Source: an uncultured Gammaproteobacteria bacterium (GTDB lineage: Bacteria > Patescibacteriota > Microgenomatia > Daviesbacterales > UBA10151). Taken from it: a stretch of 64,000 bases of DNA. This document shows, in pieces, positions 18,733-28,623 of this stretch. The notes beneath the pieces were generated by a model. It was not told where the DNA came from. It did no database searches and saw only the letters and a list, made by a program, of their open reading frames with translations. The stretch spans positions 7,020-71,019 of the forward strand of contig CAZJNI010000005.1 of the NCBI GenBank assembly GCA_964547465.1, in the 5' to 3' direction. The translations under genes were made by a program, and so were the position numbers. Each line of letters starts with the position of its first letter. Within the stretch, counting starts at the first letter, position 1.

Positions 18733-19259
18733 CTAAAAAATCCTGTTTGTTTTAACACTTTTAACCCCTCTTTTGCCCAGGCTGTATAGTTTTGTGGGTT
18801 TGCTTCCATATCTTTAAGAACCTCTTCTTTATCCACCCATTTTGCTTCATACCCCATATCAGGGTTTAGTTTAATTTCTCCATTATATTCTCCCGCTAAA
18901 ATATGATCATGTTCATTCTCGCAAAGCCCATTTATTTTGGCATAATAATTAAACTCCCCAATTTCCCTGATTTCCCCAATCTCCCTTATCTGATACTCAT
19001 CTAAAAGAGCGCGTCTAGCTGCCTCCTCCAAAGTCTCATCCCCTTTTTCCAGATGCAAAGGATGAGTGGAAGCTGTAAAATCCCAAATATTATCAAAAAC
19101 TTTATGTTTTCTTCTCTGAAGTAAAACTTGACCTTTATTATTGTAAATTAAAACAGTGATGGCTAAATGCCTTCTTCCCTGCCCTGTGTGACCTATTTCT
19201 TTTGGAATATATTTCTGGAATTTTCCCTGATCATCACAAGCTAAAATTGTTTGTTCCAT
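18729..19259 (-). CDS. Isopentenyl-diphosphate isomerase type 1-like NUDIX protein
   Basis: HLAITV...LLQRR...W..ASTHP...ENE.DH...W. Confidence 0.8.
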   Translation of the reverse strand: MEQTILACDDQGKFQKYIPKEIGHTGQGRRHLAITVLIYNNKGQVLLQRRKHKVFDNIWDFTASTHPLHLEKGDETLEEAARRALLDEYQIREIGEIREIGEFNYYAKINGLCENEHDHILAGEYNGEIKLNPDMGYEAKWVDKEEVLKDMEANPQNYTAWAKEGLKVLKQTGFFS

Positions 19260-19268
19260 TTGGGTATT

Positions 19269-20033
19269 TTAAACTGCCAGATTCAAAGCTTCAAGAGTGG
19301 TTATTGTAATATAAATCACTAAAACTCCTATAAAGAGCATAATGGTTTCCCAAAAAGCCTTTTTTTGATTTTCCCGGGAGTGAATTTCCGGAATTAAATT
19401 TGCTGCAGCAATATAGATGAAAAAACCTGAAGTTAGCGCTAATACAACTGGCAGTAACCCTGCAATAAAATCTTTGGCCAGATAGGTTATTATTGCCCCG
19501 GCCATAGCTGCTAGCGCTGAATAGAAGTTAATTAATAATACTTTTTTCCTTGATACCCCTTTATTGAGCATTAAACCAAAATCTCCTATTTCCTGGGGGA
19601 TTTCATGAGCAGCAACAGCAAGTGAAGTCACAATTCCTAAAGGAATAGATACTAAAAATGTTCCTGCCATTGCCACACCATCTATAAAATTATGTACGCT
19701 GTCTCCAATTACAATTAAAGGTACTACAGTCTTTTTCTCACCTGGATTTATGAATTGTTCATGATGGTGAATAAATCTTTCTAAAATAAAAAATGCTAGG
19801 ATTCCAATAAAAGTCCAAAGGAAAATACTAACTTCACCTTCCCCTGCTGCCTCTTGAGCTTCCGGTAATAGATCAAAAAAAGCAGTGCCCAGTAACGCTC
19901 CTGCTGCAAATGATGCTAAATAGTGAGAAATTTTGATGGCAAATTTCTCTCTGGCTAAGAGTAGTACTCCACCAATTAGAGAAACCACACTACCTATGAA
20001 GCTAAATATTAGAATATACCCTAAAATCGGCAT
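19269..20033 (-). CDS. ZIP-family zinc/metal transporter
   Basis: HNFIDG and AHEIPQEIGDF motifs; multiple TMs. Confidence 0.9.
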   Translation of the reverse strand: MPILGYILIFSFIGSVVSLIGGVLLLAREKFAIKISHYLASFAAGALLGTAFFDLLPEAQEAAGEGEVSIFLWTFIGILAFFILERFIHHHEQFINPGEKKTVVPLIVIGDSVHNFIDGVAMAGTFLVSIPLGIVTSLAVAAHEIPQEIGDFGLMLNKGVSRKKVLLINFYSALAAMAGAIITYLAKDFIAGLLPVVLALTSGFFIYIAAANLIPEIHSRENQKKAFWETIMLFIGVLVIYITITTLEALNLAV

Positions 20034-20050
20034 GTAGAAATTATACCTTA

Positions 20051-20680
20051 TTACTCCGTAGTTTTCTCGGGGCCCTGATTTAGATAAGCATCAATAAATT
20101 TTTCTATGCGGGGTTGATCAAACTCATTAAATTTATCTATATAATTCCAGGCTGTTAAGGCAATTCTCGCATCCAAATTTGGTCTGGGGACTACAATCAG
20201 TCTTATTTTACCCTTTTTCTCATAAATGGAAATCAGCTGATCAACTAACTTATGGCAATCCTCGCTTTTGAATTCATCAGATAAGGTAGCTGATGAACTG
20301 GATTCTTGTGTGGATTGGCTGGTTTCCTCCTCTACTCCATGAGCATAAACTGTACTTGTAACTTGTAACTTGTAACTTGTAACTTTGTAATCACAGTTAT
20401 ATGACATGATCACGTATCCATGTTCCAGTGAATGAACCAGGTTTCCATCATCTTTAGGTCCCTCATACACTCCGGATCTAACCCAATCTTCATAGTGTGA
20501 TCCTGACGTGGGAGGATTGGAATTGTAATCTACTTTCTCTCCAACCGGCACATGTTTTCTGCCTAAATCAGATATCTTCTGTCCCGATAAAGGCTTTGAA
20601 GATGCAATAAAAAGCCAGGCTAGAAAGGCAGCTAATATAAGGAGGGCAGCTGCTCCGATTATTAAAGTTTTTTTAGACAT
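20051..20680 (-). CDS. DUF3105-like membrane-anchored protein
   Basis: YNSNPPTSGSHY; VHSLEHG; IALTAW. Confidence 0.8.
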   Translation of the reverse strand: MSKKTLIIGAAALLILAAFLAWLFIASSKPLSGQKISDLGRKHVPVGEKVDYNSNPPTSGSHYEDWVRSGVYEGPKDDGNLVHSLEHGYVIMSYNCDYKVTSYKLQVTSTVYAHGVEEETSQSTQESSSSATLSDEFKSEDCHKLVDQLISIYEKKGKIRLIVVPRPNLDARIALTAWNYIDKFNEFDQPRIEKFIDAYLNQGPEKTTE

Positions 20681-21418
20681 TTAAAAAATATTCTGTTGGT
20701 TTTGGAAAACCAGATCATGATACTGCCAGTATTTATTTTGATCACCTGCACATCTGGCTGCTTCAGCTGCTTTTTGTGCTCCCGGGTGAATCTGACTAAG
20801 TGGAAAATCTCTGTAATAGAATTTCACTAATCCTTTATCTATATATTCTTTTTTAATTTGCCCTTCTGCCTGGCTAAAATGTCTACCACAGAATGGGCAT
20901 TGATAATCTGAAAATTCAATCAGGGTTACTTTGGCATTTTGATTGCCTGAAACAGGCAAATCCCCTATCCCTACAGTCTGCCTTTGGGTATTGTCTGGAG
21001 CTTTTCCTGATAATTCCTCATCTATAACTTGTTTGAATTGCTCAAAGGGTACTGCACCGGAAATTAATCTTCCGTTAATAAAAAATGCCGGTGTCCCATT
21101 TACCCCAACTTCAGTCCCATCATTTAAATCAGCAGAAACCAATGAAGCTTTAGAGCCAGAATCTAAACAGGAATTGAATTTATTAGTATCCAAGCCTAAT
21201 TTACCTGCATAATCTTTCAGGTTTTTGACAATATCTGCCTCGGTTTTTTGAGCTTGAGCTTGAGCTGCAGGTTGTTGTGTTGGTTGGACTTGACTGGTAG
21301 TTGATACTCCACCTACTCTAATAACTCCTCCGGCTGTTAAGATACTAACACCTATCACAAATGAGCCCAAAAGAATTGCAACAGGGGTAGTTAGAAAAGG
21401 ATTTGGCTTGTCTTCCAT
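20681..21418 (-). CDS. DsbA-family oxidoreductase, circularly permuted
   Basis: The GVNGTPAFFING segment precedes the EFSDYQCPFC segment; N-terminal TM. Confidence 0.85.
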   Translation of the reverse strand: MEDKPNPFLTTPVAILLGSFVIGVSILTAGGVIRVGGVSTTSQVQPTQQPAAQAQAQKTEADIVKNLKDYAGKLGLDTNKFNSCLDSGSKASLVSADLNDGTEVGVNGTPAFFINGRLISGAVPFEQFKQVIDEELSGKAPDNTQRQTVGIGDLPVSGNQNAKVTLIEFSDYQCPFCGRHFSQAEGQIKKEYIDKGLVKFYYRDFPLSQIHPGAQKAAEAARCAGDQNKYWQYHDLVFQNQQNIF

Positions 21419-21522
21419 GTTTATTGTCACATAATACCGAAAGCTTGCTGCGCCGGTCACAAATCCTGTGACAAGAACTTGTTCATTTAGTCTAAAGGGA
21501 AAAAATCATTGTGTCAAGACTC

Positions 21523-22098
21523 TTAATTAAACTGGTTTTGGGCTTTTTCCAAACCTTTCTCCAAAAGTAAATCCAGCGCTTTTATAGCTTGTTTTAACAT
21601 ATGCTTAACCGGTGATTTTTCAGAATGTATAAATGGCTCTAAAACAAATTTTTCTGCAGAAACATGAACTCTTCTGTGTTCTGCAGATTGAGTTTTTAAA
21701 TTTCCTATCCCCAACCTAACCCTGATAAATTGATCTGAACCTAAATGCTGCATAATAGATTCAACCCCATGATGGCCTGCAGCTGCTCCTCCCATTCTGA
21801 CCTTAATTTTTCCTAAGGGTAAATCCAACTCATCATATACAACAATTACATCAGTAGTTGGTATTTTGTAATAAGCAGTAAGTAATTTAACTGCTAGACC
21901 AGAGTTGTTCATATAAGCTTGGGGCCGAGCCAAAATTATCTCATCTTTCTTGACTATTTCTGACTTGAATTTTCCCTCATCTGCCCAATCTCCCCAATCC
22001 CCCTCACGCCTAAATTCTTCCACGGCATTAAAGCCCAAATTATGCCTGACGTTTTGATATTTTTCCCCAGGATTTCCCAAACCTACAACTAATTTCAT
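21523..22098 (-). CDS. pth: Peptidyl-tRNA hydrolase
   Basis: LVVGLGNPG..Y...RHNLGF; YMNNSG; DELDLP.G; GHHG. Confidence 0.95.
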   Translation of the reverse strand: MKLVVGLGNPGEKYQNVRHNLGFNAVEEFRREGDWGDWADEGKFKSEIVKKDEIILARPQAYMNNSGLAVKLLTAYYKIPTTDVIVVYDELDLPLGKIKVRMGGAAAGHHGVESIMQHLGSDQFIRVRLGIGNLKTQSAEHRRVHVSAEKFVLEPFIHSEKSPVKHMLKQAIKALDLLLEKGLEKAQNQFN

Positions 22099-22871
22099 TT
22101 CAAAGCCTCCAAAATCTGATTATGAATTAAACCATTTGAGGCAATAACACCAATTTTTTCTTTACTCCAATTGGGTTCTTTACCTGTCAAATCAGTCACT
22201 TTTCCTCCAGCCTCCCTAACAATTACAGTTCCTGCTAAATTATCCCAGATTCCACCTATCTGAATATGTAATGTTAAAACCCCTTTTGCCACTAAAGCAA
22301 GTGACAGCGCTCCTGATCCTAAACTGTAAATATACCCAACCTTATTCATTAAAGATGAAATGTAAGTCTCAAACTTTTCTTGCCTTTGGTTTTTATGTCC
22401 AAAATCAAGCGAAACAGTTGAGCTATTTAAACTATTTTTTTTATTAACTTTAATCCTTTTATTATTTAAAAAAGCTCCTTTACTATCTGCTGAATAAAGA
22501 TCTCCTCTTTCTACATGATAAATAACTCCTGTAATTGGATAATTATTTTTCATTAGCCCAATTGATACTGTAAAAGTAGGCATACCTGTTGCATAAGATA
22601 TTGTTCCGTCTAAAGGGTCTACAGCCCAAGTAAACTCTGAGTTGTTATTAATTTTGGTTTTTTCTTCTGCCAATATATTGTGGTCTGGAAAATTTTTACT
22701 TAACAGCGAAATAATAATTTTTTCCGCTTCAGTATCAGCAATAGTTGCAAAATCAGATGCATCTCCAAATTTAACATTACGTTTTAAATTTTTACCAGAA
22801 TATTTTTGTATTATCTTTCCAGCTTCTAGTGCAACTTGCTTAGCAACTTTTAAAAATTGATCTTCACTCAT
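22095..22871 (-). CDS. Inositol monophosphatase family protein
   Basis: WAVDPLDGT; WD..AG...EAGG. Confidence 0.9.
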   Translation of the reverse strand: MSEDQFLKVAKQVALEAGKIIQKYSGKNLKRNVKFGDASDFATIADTEAEKIIISLLSKNFPDHNILAEEKTKINNNSEFTWAVDPLDGTISYATGMPTFTVSIGLMKNNYPITGVIYHVERGDLYSADSKGAFLNNKRIKVNKKNSLNSSTVSLDFGHKNQRQEKFETYISSLMNKVGYIYSLGSGALSLALVAKGVLTLHIQIGGIWDNLAGTVIVREAGGKVTDLTGKEPNWSKEKIGVIASNGLIHNQILEALK

Positions 22872-23500
22872 GACAGCAATTGTATCACCTCTTCATCAGA
22901 AACGGGTAAGAACTCATGGTAAAACTGGCCAACTGCTTGGAAATCTTCTGGTGTTTCTAACACTATCACCTCCCCTATCTCCCTTATCTCCCCAATTTCC
23001 CCTCTCACCCTTTCTACTGACTCCTTACTAGCCACAGGTACAGCTAAAACGATCTTTTTAGCTTGATGTCTTTTTAAAAACCTGATGGCAGCCAAAATAG
23101 TAGCACCTGTAGCTATCCCATCATCCACCAAAATCACAACTTTATCACTCACCTCCAGAGGATTCCTTCCTCCTCTATAGAGCTTTTCTCTTCTTTTAAT
23201 CTCCCCAATTTCCCTATCGATTATTTCCCTTATTTCCCCAACCTCCCCAAATTCCCCTACCACCTTACCATCCCCATCCACTGCTCCCAATGCCAGCTCA
23301 GGTTGCATAGGAGCTCCAATTTTTCTGGTTACAATAATGTCCAGAGGCAACTTTAGCTCCTTAGCCACTTCAGCTGCCACCACCACTCCACCTCTGGGAA
23401 TTCCTAAAACTATCCCCTTATCCCCCAAATCTCCCTTAAGATGTTTCGCCAGTATTTTCCCGGCAGATTGGCGATCTTTAAATATCTTCATTCTAGTCAA
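22868..23500 (-). CDS. Phosphoribosyltransferase-like protein
   Basis: FKDR..AG..LA; GIPRGG; VILVDDGIATG; AVGQFY. Confidence 0.88.
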   Translation of the reverse strand: MTRMKIFKDRQSAGKILAKHLKGDLGDKGIVLGIPRGGVVVAAEVAKELKLPLDIIVTRKIGAPMQPELALGAVDGDGKVVGEFGEVGEIREIIDREIGEIKRREKLYRGGRNPLEVSDKVVILVDDGIATGATILAAIRFLKRHQAKKIVLAVPVASKESVERVRGEIGEIREIGEVIVLETPEDFQAVGQFYHEFLPVSDEEVIQLLS

Positions 23501-24866
23501 ACAATCCTAGCTGCGGAGCTTCTTTTATCAGATCGCCCCTATCTCCCTGATTACCCTGATCTGCCCATATCTTCACTACTCCATAAACTCCATCATATCC
23601 CGGATCTATTACCAAATCTCCTCTCCTATCCTTATCTACCCCTTCTGCCACTTTAGGCCCTGATATTTTGGCTATATCATCCAAAGAAGCTTTGGTTAAA
23701 ACCTTAATTTCTCCCCCCAAAGTAGTTACTAACTTTTTGTATTCATTTAAAACCTTTTGGCTTGTTGGAGCAGTATTTAATACTTCTGCTATAACTTGGT
23801 GCAGGGGCACTAACATTCTATATCCCGCTCTACTGGGAAAGGTCTTACTTTTTATTACCCCAATCTCTTTTATCTCCCCAATTTCCCCTATCTTCCTTCC
23901 TGCCAACTCCTCCACTCTTTCCATAACCCCCACTGTTAAACCTCTTTTACAAACCGGACAAATAGTCCCTTTTGCTTTAGTATCCTCCGGGGTGTATTTC
24001 ACATTGCAATTTCTGTGTCCGGTATAGTGATATTTTCCCTGCTCCGGATAAAACTCCAAAGTCCCGATTACCTTGTCATTGCGAGTCCGCCCATTGGCGG
24101 ACGTGGCAATCTCTTGATTAGATTGCTTCGCTCCGCTCGCAATGACGGAGGGAGAAGTAATTGCACTCCATAAACCATCGTAAGTAAATTCTCCAGCAAA
24201 AACAGTTGCCTCCCTGCCTAGATTTGGCAGCGAATGAGCATCTGAAAAAGAAATAATAGATCTATTATCCAGCTCTTTAACTCTCCAGTTCATGGCCGGA
24301 TCCGAGCTCAAACCGGTTTCTATACCATAAACATATTCAGTTAAATCCTCAAAACACTCCTCCAGCGAATCATAGCCTGATTCAGAACCAAAAACTCCAA
24401 ACCAGGGAGTCCAGGCATGAGCAGGAATAAATAAAGCTTTATCAGATGCTTGCAAAGCCAAAGAAAGCAAATCTTTAGAGGATATACCTACAATAGGCCT
24501 ACCATCAGAGCCTAAATTGGCCTTTCTTGATAAAAGCTCTTTTTGAAAAACTTCAGCAGAGGCAAAATCAGGAAGAATTACTAAATTATGCACCCTTCTT
24601 CCTCTATTCTTATCTGTATAAATCGAGGCAATTTCAACTGTTAAAACAAACCTAATCTCCGAGGAATTATGCTTCAGGAATCCTGATCCATCTTCTGTCA
24701 GATCCTTTTTGAGCTCGGCAAACCAAAGAGGATGCAGGGAATCCCCTGTTCCCAAAACATTAATACCCTTATACTTTGCCCATTCAACTAAATTTGGGAT
24801 ATTTAATTGCGGGGAGCAGGCTCTGGAAAACCTGGAATGAATATGCAAATCCGCCACATATGCCAT
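23493..24866 (-). CDS. PHP-domain endonuclease Q-like protein
   Basis: DLHIHS; PAHAWTP; ETGLSSD; SDAHS; GKYH; CPVC; PGYDG.YG. Confidence 0.85.
   Translation of the reverse strand: MAYVADLHIHSRFSRACSPQLNIPNLVEWAKYKGINVLGTGDSLHPLWFAELKKDLTEDGSGFLKHNSSEIRFVLTVEIASIYTDKNRGRRVHNLVILPDFASAEVFQKELLSRKANLGSDGRPIVGISSKDLLSLALQASDKALFIPAHAWTPWFGVFGSESGYDSLEECFEDLTEYVYGIETGLSSDPAMNWRVKELDNRSIISFSDAHSLPNLGREATVFAGEFTYDGLWSAITSPSVIASGAKQSNQEIATSANGRTRNDKVIGTLEFYPEQGKYHYTGHRNCNVKYTPEDTKAKGTICPVCKRGLTVGVMERVEELAGRKIGEIGEIKEIGVIKSKTFPSRAGYRMLVPLHQVIAEVLNTAPTSQKVLNEYKKLVTTLGGEIKVLTKASLDDIAKISGPKVAEGVDKDRRGDLVIDPGYDGVYGVVKIWADQGNQGDRGDLIKEAPQLGLFD
24075..24146. repeat. GTCA palindromic doublet in frame in the EndoQ-like gene
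   Basis: Encodes VIASGAKQSNQEIATSANGRTRND. Confidence 0.9.
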
Positions 24867-24885
24867 ATTGCAGGGATTCTACCAC

Positions 24886-25263
24886 TTAGCCCCTTACCTG
24901 TACAAACTGGAAATAGTTTCCATCCACATCCTCAAAAGTGGCAATATATCCATATCCTTCAACATGGTAGATATCGGCTACTACTTTGACCCCAGCATCT
25001 GTTAATCTTTTTACTTCCACTTCCTCATCATCCACTTCTATATTAAACATGATTCTGGCTGGGTTTGTATTTTTACCCTTTATATCTGAATGCGGTAAAA
25101 TTGTTAAACCAGTACTACCTACCTTAAACATAAAGCCAGCTTCCCCTTTCTCTCCATATTCAAACTCATCCTCAAACTCTAGTCCTACTTTATCTTTGTA
25201 GAAATCAGCTAAAGCTTTTGGATTTTCTGATGAAATTAAAACTGAATCTAATCCTCTAATCAT
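24886..25263 (-). CDS. VOC/glyoxalase family protein
   Basis: FYKD.VGL; F.DVDGN pattern. Confidence 0.8.
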   Translation of the reverse strand: MIRGLDSVLISSENPKALADFYKDKVGLEFEDEFEYGEKGEAGFMFKVGSTGLTILPHSDIKGKNTNPARIMFNIEVDDEEVEVKRLTDAGVKVVADIYHVEGYGYIATFEDVDGNYFQFVQVRG

Positions 25264-25311
25264 TTATTCTCACCCCCTTTCACTTTTTGCGAAGCAAATA
25301 GCAAGCTCTGC

Positions 25312-27168
25312 TTATTTTTTAAATTGTTGTTGGTACATTTCAATCAGCTCTTTCACTGTTGTTGCATCTTCTGCTTTTTTGTCTGCTTCACGGAATTTAA
25401 CAAGTCTGGGGAATCTTAAAGCATAGCCAGGCTCAGAGCTAGTCTTACCAGCTGTATGAGTTGGGGATCTGGTAATCTCATCTGCCAAAACTTCTATCAC
25501 GATTTTTGGTATTACCCAAACACTGGGCGTGATTAATGATTTCACCCGTGCTGGCTTACTTTGCACTTTGAACTTTTCACTTTTCACTTTTATTTCTCTC
25601 CATTCCTCATCTGTTAAACCGGTGCCGATTTTGGAAACAGTCACGAATTCGTCTTTCGACTCATCGTAAACCCCGACGAGTAGTGCCCCAGCCCCAAAAC
25701 TAGATCTTTTCCCTTTACCAAAAATATAACCCAAAATTACACAATCAATTGTATCGGAAAGCTCACCACTGGAGTGTCGCTTTAGCTTAACCCAGTTAAA
25801 ATTCCTTCCTCCAGCCTCATATTTACTATCAGGCCTTTTAACAATTAATCCCTCCAATCCTTTTGTTAGTGCATCATCAAAAAGTTCCTGTATTCTATCA
25901 GGCGAGTCTGTTATTTCCCCAGGTTGTGGAATCAGCACCTCGTTACCTTTTACCGTCTGCTCTAGATTCTTGATTCTTGACTCTAGCGACTCTTCCATTA
26001 GGGATTTGCCATTTAAATACATAATGTCAAATACAAAAGCTTTCAGCGGAAGTTTTACTGCCATCTCTTCTATTCCATACTTACGGCGCCTTTTGGTAGT
26101 TTCCTGAAATGGCAAAAATTCTTCTGATACAGGATTAAAAGCCAGAGCTTCTGAATCCAGAATTGCAGATTTTGCTTTTACTTGAGACAATACTCCTTTA
26201 ATAATTTCCGGAAACATGGGGGTTGTTTCTTCCAAATTCCGGGAAAATAACCTTACCACAGTCTTGTCATTGCGAGGGTCCGAAGGACCCGTGGCAATCT
26301 TACTGAGATTAGCAGAAGATGAAATCTTATTATTATCTTTAGAAGATTGCTTCGCCACTTTGTGGTCTCGCAATGACGAGCCGGTGCGATCTAAATGAAT
26401 TTGTACCCTGAAGCCATCAAATTTTTGCTGAACATGAGCCGCTCCTCCAAACTTTTCCAAAATAGTTTTGGGATCAGGCAGTCTCTCTGCCAACTGAGAG
26501 CGGATCGGTCTTCCCACGGTTACATCCAGATCCCGAACTCCCCGAATACCCCGAGACCACAAAACCTCTCCAATTAAACCTAGATCGGAAGTTCTATTAT
26601 ATGCTTCTTCAAGCTCTTTTCTTTTTTTTCTATCCCCCAGTTTTGAAGCAGCAAATGCATCTAAAATAGTGGGGTCCCCTATTCCAAGTCTTGACACACC
26701 AAGTGGAATTCTAACCAGATGCTTGGCGCCTATCCCATCCACTTTTTGTAAAAGTCCAACCAAGCTGGATACTTTTTTCTCAACAGTCCCCTCCCCAGTT
26801 GTCTTTGCAATTTCAGTTAATACTTCAAAAACCTCATTCACTCTTAAATCTTTAATCTTAAATCTTAAATCTTTTGCTAGATTCTCCGCTACCAACCCTA
26901 AATCCCCAACTTTTCCATATTCTTTTAGCACTTGCTCACGACTCACCCCATATGCTCGGGCCATACTTTGAGCAATCAACTTCTCACTCATCCCAATCTC
27001 AATAGGTTCATAAAAAGGGGCTACTCTACCCTGAAGTAAATAAACAACTTGGGCTATCTCATCTGATTTAACTTCATTGAAGAGCTTAGACATAATGTCA
27101 ATTAAAGCTAGACGGGAGGAGGTCTCTTCTAATTTTTCAAAATACTGTACAAGGCGCGAAAATAACAT
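25312..27168 (-). CDS. lig: ATP-dependent DNA ligase
   Basis: KFDGFRVQIH; EGLIVK; WVKLK; LRFPR. Confidence 0.93.
   Translation of the reverse strand: MLFSRLVQYFEKLEETSSRLALIDIMSKLFNEVKSDEIAQVVYLLQGRVAPFYEPIEIGMSEKLIAQSMARAYGVSREQVLKEYGKVGDLGLVAENLAKDLRFKIKDLRVNEVFEVLTEIAKTTGEGTVEKKVSSLVGLLQKVDGIGAKHLVRIPLGVSRLGIGDPTILDAFAASKLGDRKKRKELEEAYNRTSDLGLIGEVLWSRGIRGVRDLDVTVGRPIRSQLAERLPDPKTILEKFGGAAHVQQKFDGFRVQIHLDRTGSSLRDHKVAKQSSKDNNKISSSANLSKIATGPSDPRNDKTVVRLFSRNLEETTPMFPEIIKGVLSQVKAKSAILDSEALAFNPVSEEFLPFQETTKRRRKYGIEEMAVKLPLKAFVFDIMYLNGKSLMEESLESRIKNLEQTVKGNEVLIPQPGEITDSPDRIQELFDDALTKGLEGLIVKRPDSKYEAGGRNFNWVKLKRHSSGELSDTIDCVILGYIFGKGKRSSFGAGALLVGVYDESKDEFVTVSKIGTGLTDEEWREIKVKSEKFKVQSKPARVKSLITPSVWVIPKIVIEVLADEITRSPTHTAGKTSSEPGYALRFPRLVKFREADKKAEDATTVKELIEMYQQQFKK
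26266..26377. repeat. GTCA palindromic doublet in frame in lig
   Basis: Lies between VQIH and RLFSRN; encodes SSLRDHKVAKQS...KIATGPSDPRND. Confidence 0.9.
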
Positions 27169-27212
27169 TAGTAGGATTGTAATAGATTAGGTTTATCTTG
27201 TAAAATATAAAA

Positions 27213-28061
27213 ATGACAGAGGTACGTAATGATGCATCTGATTCATCATCAATAGAAGCGATACAGGTAGATCCAAAACTGGTGGAATATTATTTGGAAA
27301 GAATCCGAATTACACCTGACGAAAAACTTGCCCAAGAACTTGCTTCGGAACGACAAAAATTGGAAGCAGAAAAAGCCGAAGCAGAGGAAACCTCAAGGAT
27401 TGATTCATTAACTGGGTTAGGAAACAGAAGATTGCATGATGAAGAGCTTTCAAGAGCAGTAGAAGCTGCCATTAGTACAGGTAGGCCATTTTCTGTAACT
27501 TTTGCTGATATAGATCATTTTAAAATAATTAATGATAACCACGAGGGTAAACATCAAGCTGGCGATGCAGTATTAAAAACTGTTGCCCAGGCTTTAGTAA
27601 ATAGTACAAAAAGAGGGATAGATAGATCCTTTCGGTATGGAGGAGAAGAAATGGTAACTATCTTGCCAGTAGATTTAGAAGCTGCAATTGGTGTAGCAGA
27701 AAGACAACGGAGAAATGCAGAACAAGCTACTGCTCATTTTAATGGAGAAGATATTAAAGTCACAATCTCTTTAGGCATAAGCTGTTTTGACCCCAAAGAA
27801 GTTCCTTTGCTTACTTCTTTAGATCCAAATGATCATGCAAAAAATAAACAAATAGTCGATATTGTAGTGCAGGAGGCAACAAAAAGAATTATACTTGAGG
27901 CAGATACAGCTATGTATGAAGCAAAAAAGGCAGGTAGAAATATGGTCGCGCTTAAAGAGAAAGGTAGCGATACAGTGGGTATTATGAAAAGAGATCCTCA
28001 AAACCCTAGGAATACTTCAATGGATCGCGTACCTTTTGTCCCGAATGCAAAATCAGGATAA
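27213..28061 (+). CDS. GGDEF-domain diguanylate cyclase
   Basis: DSLTGLGNRR; DIDHFK.IND; GD.VL; RYGGEEM; AD.AMY.AK..GRN. Confidence 0.88.
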   Translation: MTEVRNDASDSSSIEAIQVDPKLVEYYLERIRITPDEKLAQELASERQKLEAEKAEAEETSRIDSLTGLGNRRLHDEELSRAVEAAISTGRPFSVTFADIDHFKIINDNHEGKHQAGDAVLKTVAQALVNSTKRGIDRSFRYGGEEMVTILPVDLEAAIGVAERQRRNAEQATAHFNGEDIKVTISLGISCFDPKEVPLLTSLDPNDHAKNKQIVDIVVQEATKRIILEADTAMYEAKKAGRNMVALKEKGSDTVGIMKRDPQNPRNTSMDRVPFVPNAKSG

Positions 28062-28081
28062 ATCTTGTAAAATATCCCACT

Positions 28082-28621
28082 ATGACTTATCCTAGAGTAG
28101 AAACAATGGTTGATCAGATACCGGAAAATAGTACTTTTGATCCTACCGAAATACTGGATAAAGGACCTTTTTTAAGATTATTAACCGACAAAACAGCACA
28201 GGCTGCTACCCATAAAACCAATTTAACACTTATGATGTTAGACTTTAGTGTAAATACCGAAGAAGCACTTAAATCAGCTTTACAAATGGTAAAAGAAAAA
28301 AGTGCAGGTATAGTTGAGTCTGGAAAAATTGGTATCATCCTACCCAAACTTGATATGGACACTTCACTTGCAACAGCTGTACTTTTATTAAATACTATAT
28401 CAGCATTATTGTCCCGAAAAGGGGGCTTTGTACCAACCATTGGTGTAGCTTTTTATGATCGTAGCGACAAAGGAAGCACGAATTTTTTATACAGCAGGGC
28501 TTTTGATGCATTAAGTAAAGCTCAAAAAGGAGATAAAAATATTGCTGTGGTTTTGACACCAAAACAAAAAATATCACTTAATGGATTACGGGAAGATATC
28601 CGAGCGCAAATTATAGTATAA
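28082..28621 (+). CDS. Degenerate GGDEF-like protein
   Basis: LMMLD...TIGVA...RAFDAL.KAQ pattern, no GGDEF motif. Confidence 0.5.
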   Translation: MTYPRVETMVDQIPENSTFDPTEILDKGPFLRLLTDKTAQAATHKTNLTLMMLDFSVNTEEALKSALQMVKEKSAGIVESGKIGIILPKLDMDTSLATAVLLLNTISALLSRKGGFVPTIGVAFYDRSDKGSTNFLYSRAFDALSKAQKGDKNIAVVLTPKQKISLNGLREDIRAQIIV

Positions 28622-28623
28622 AA

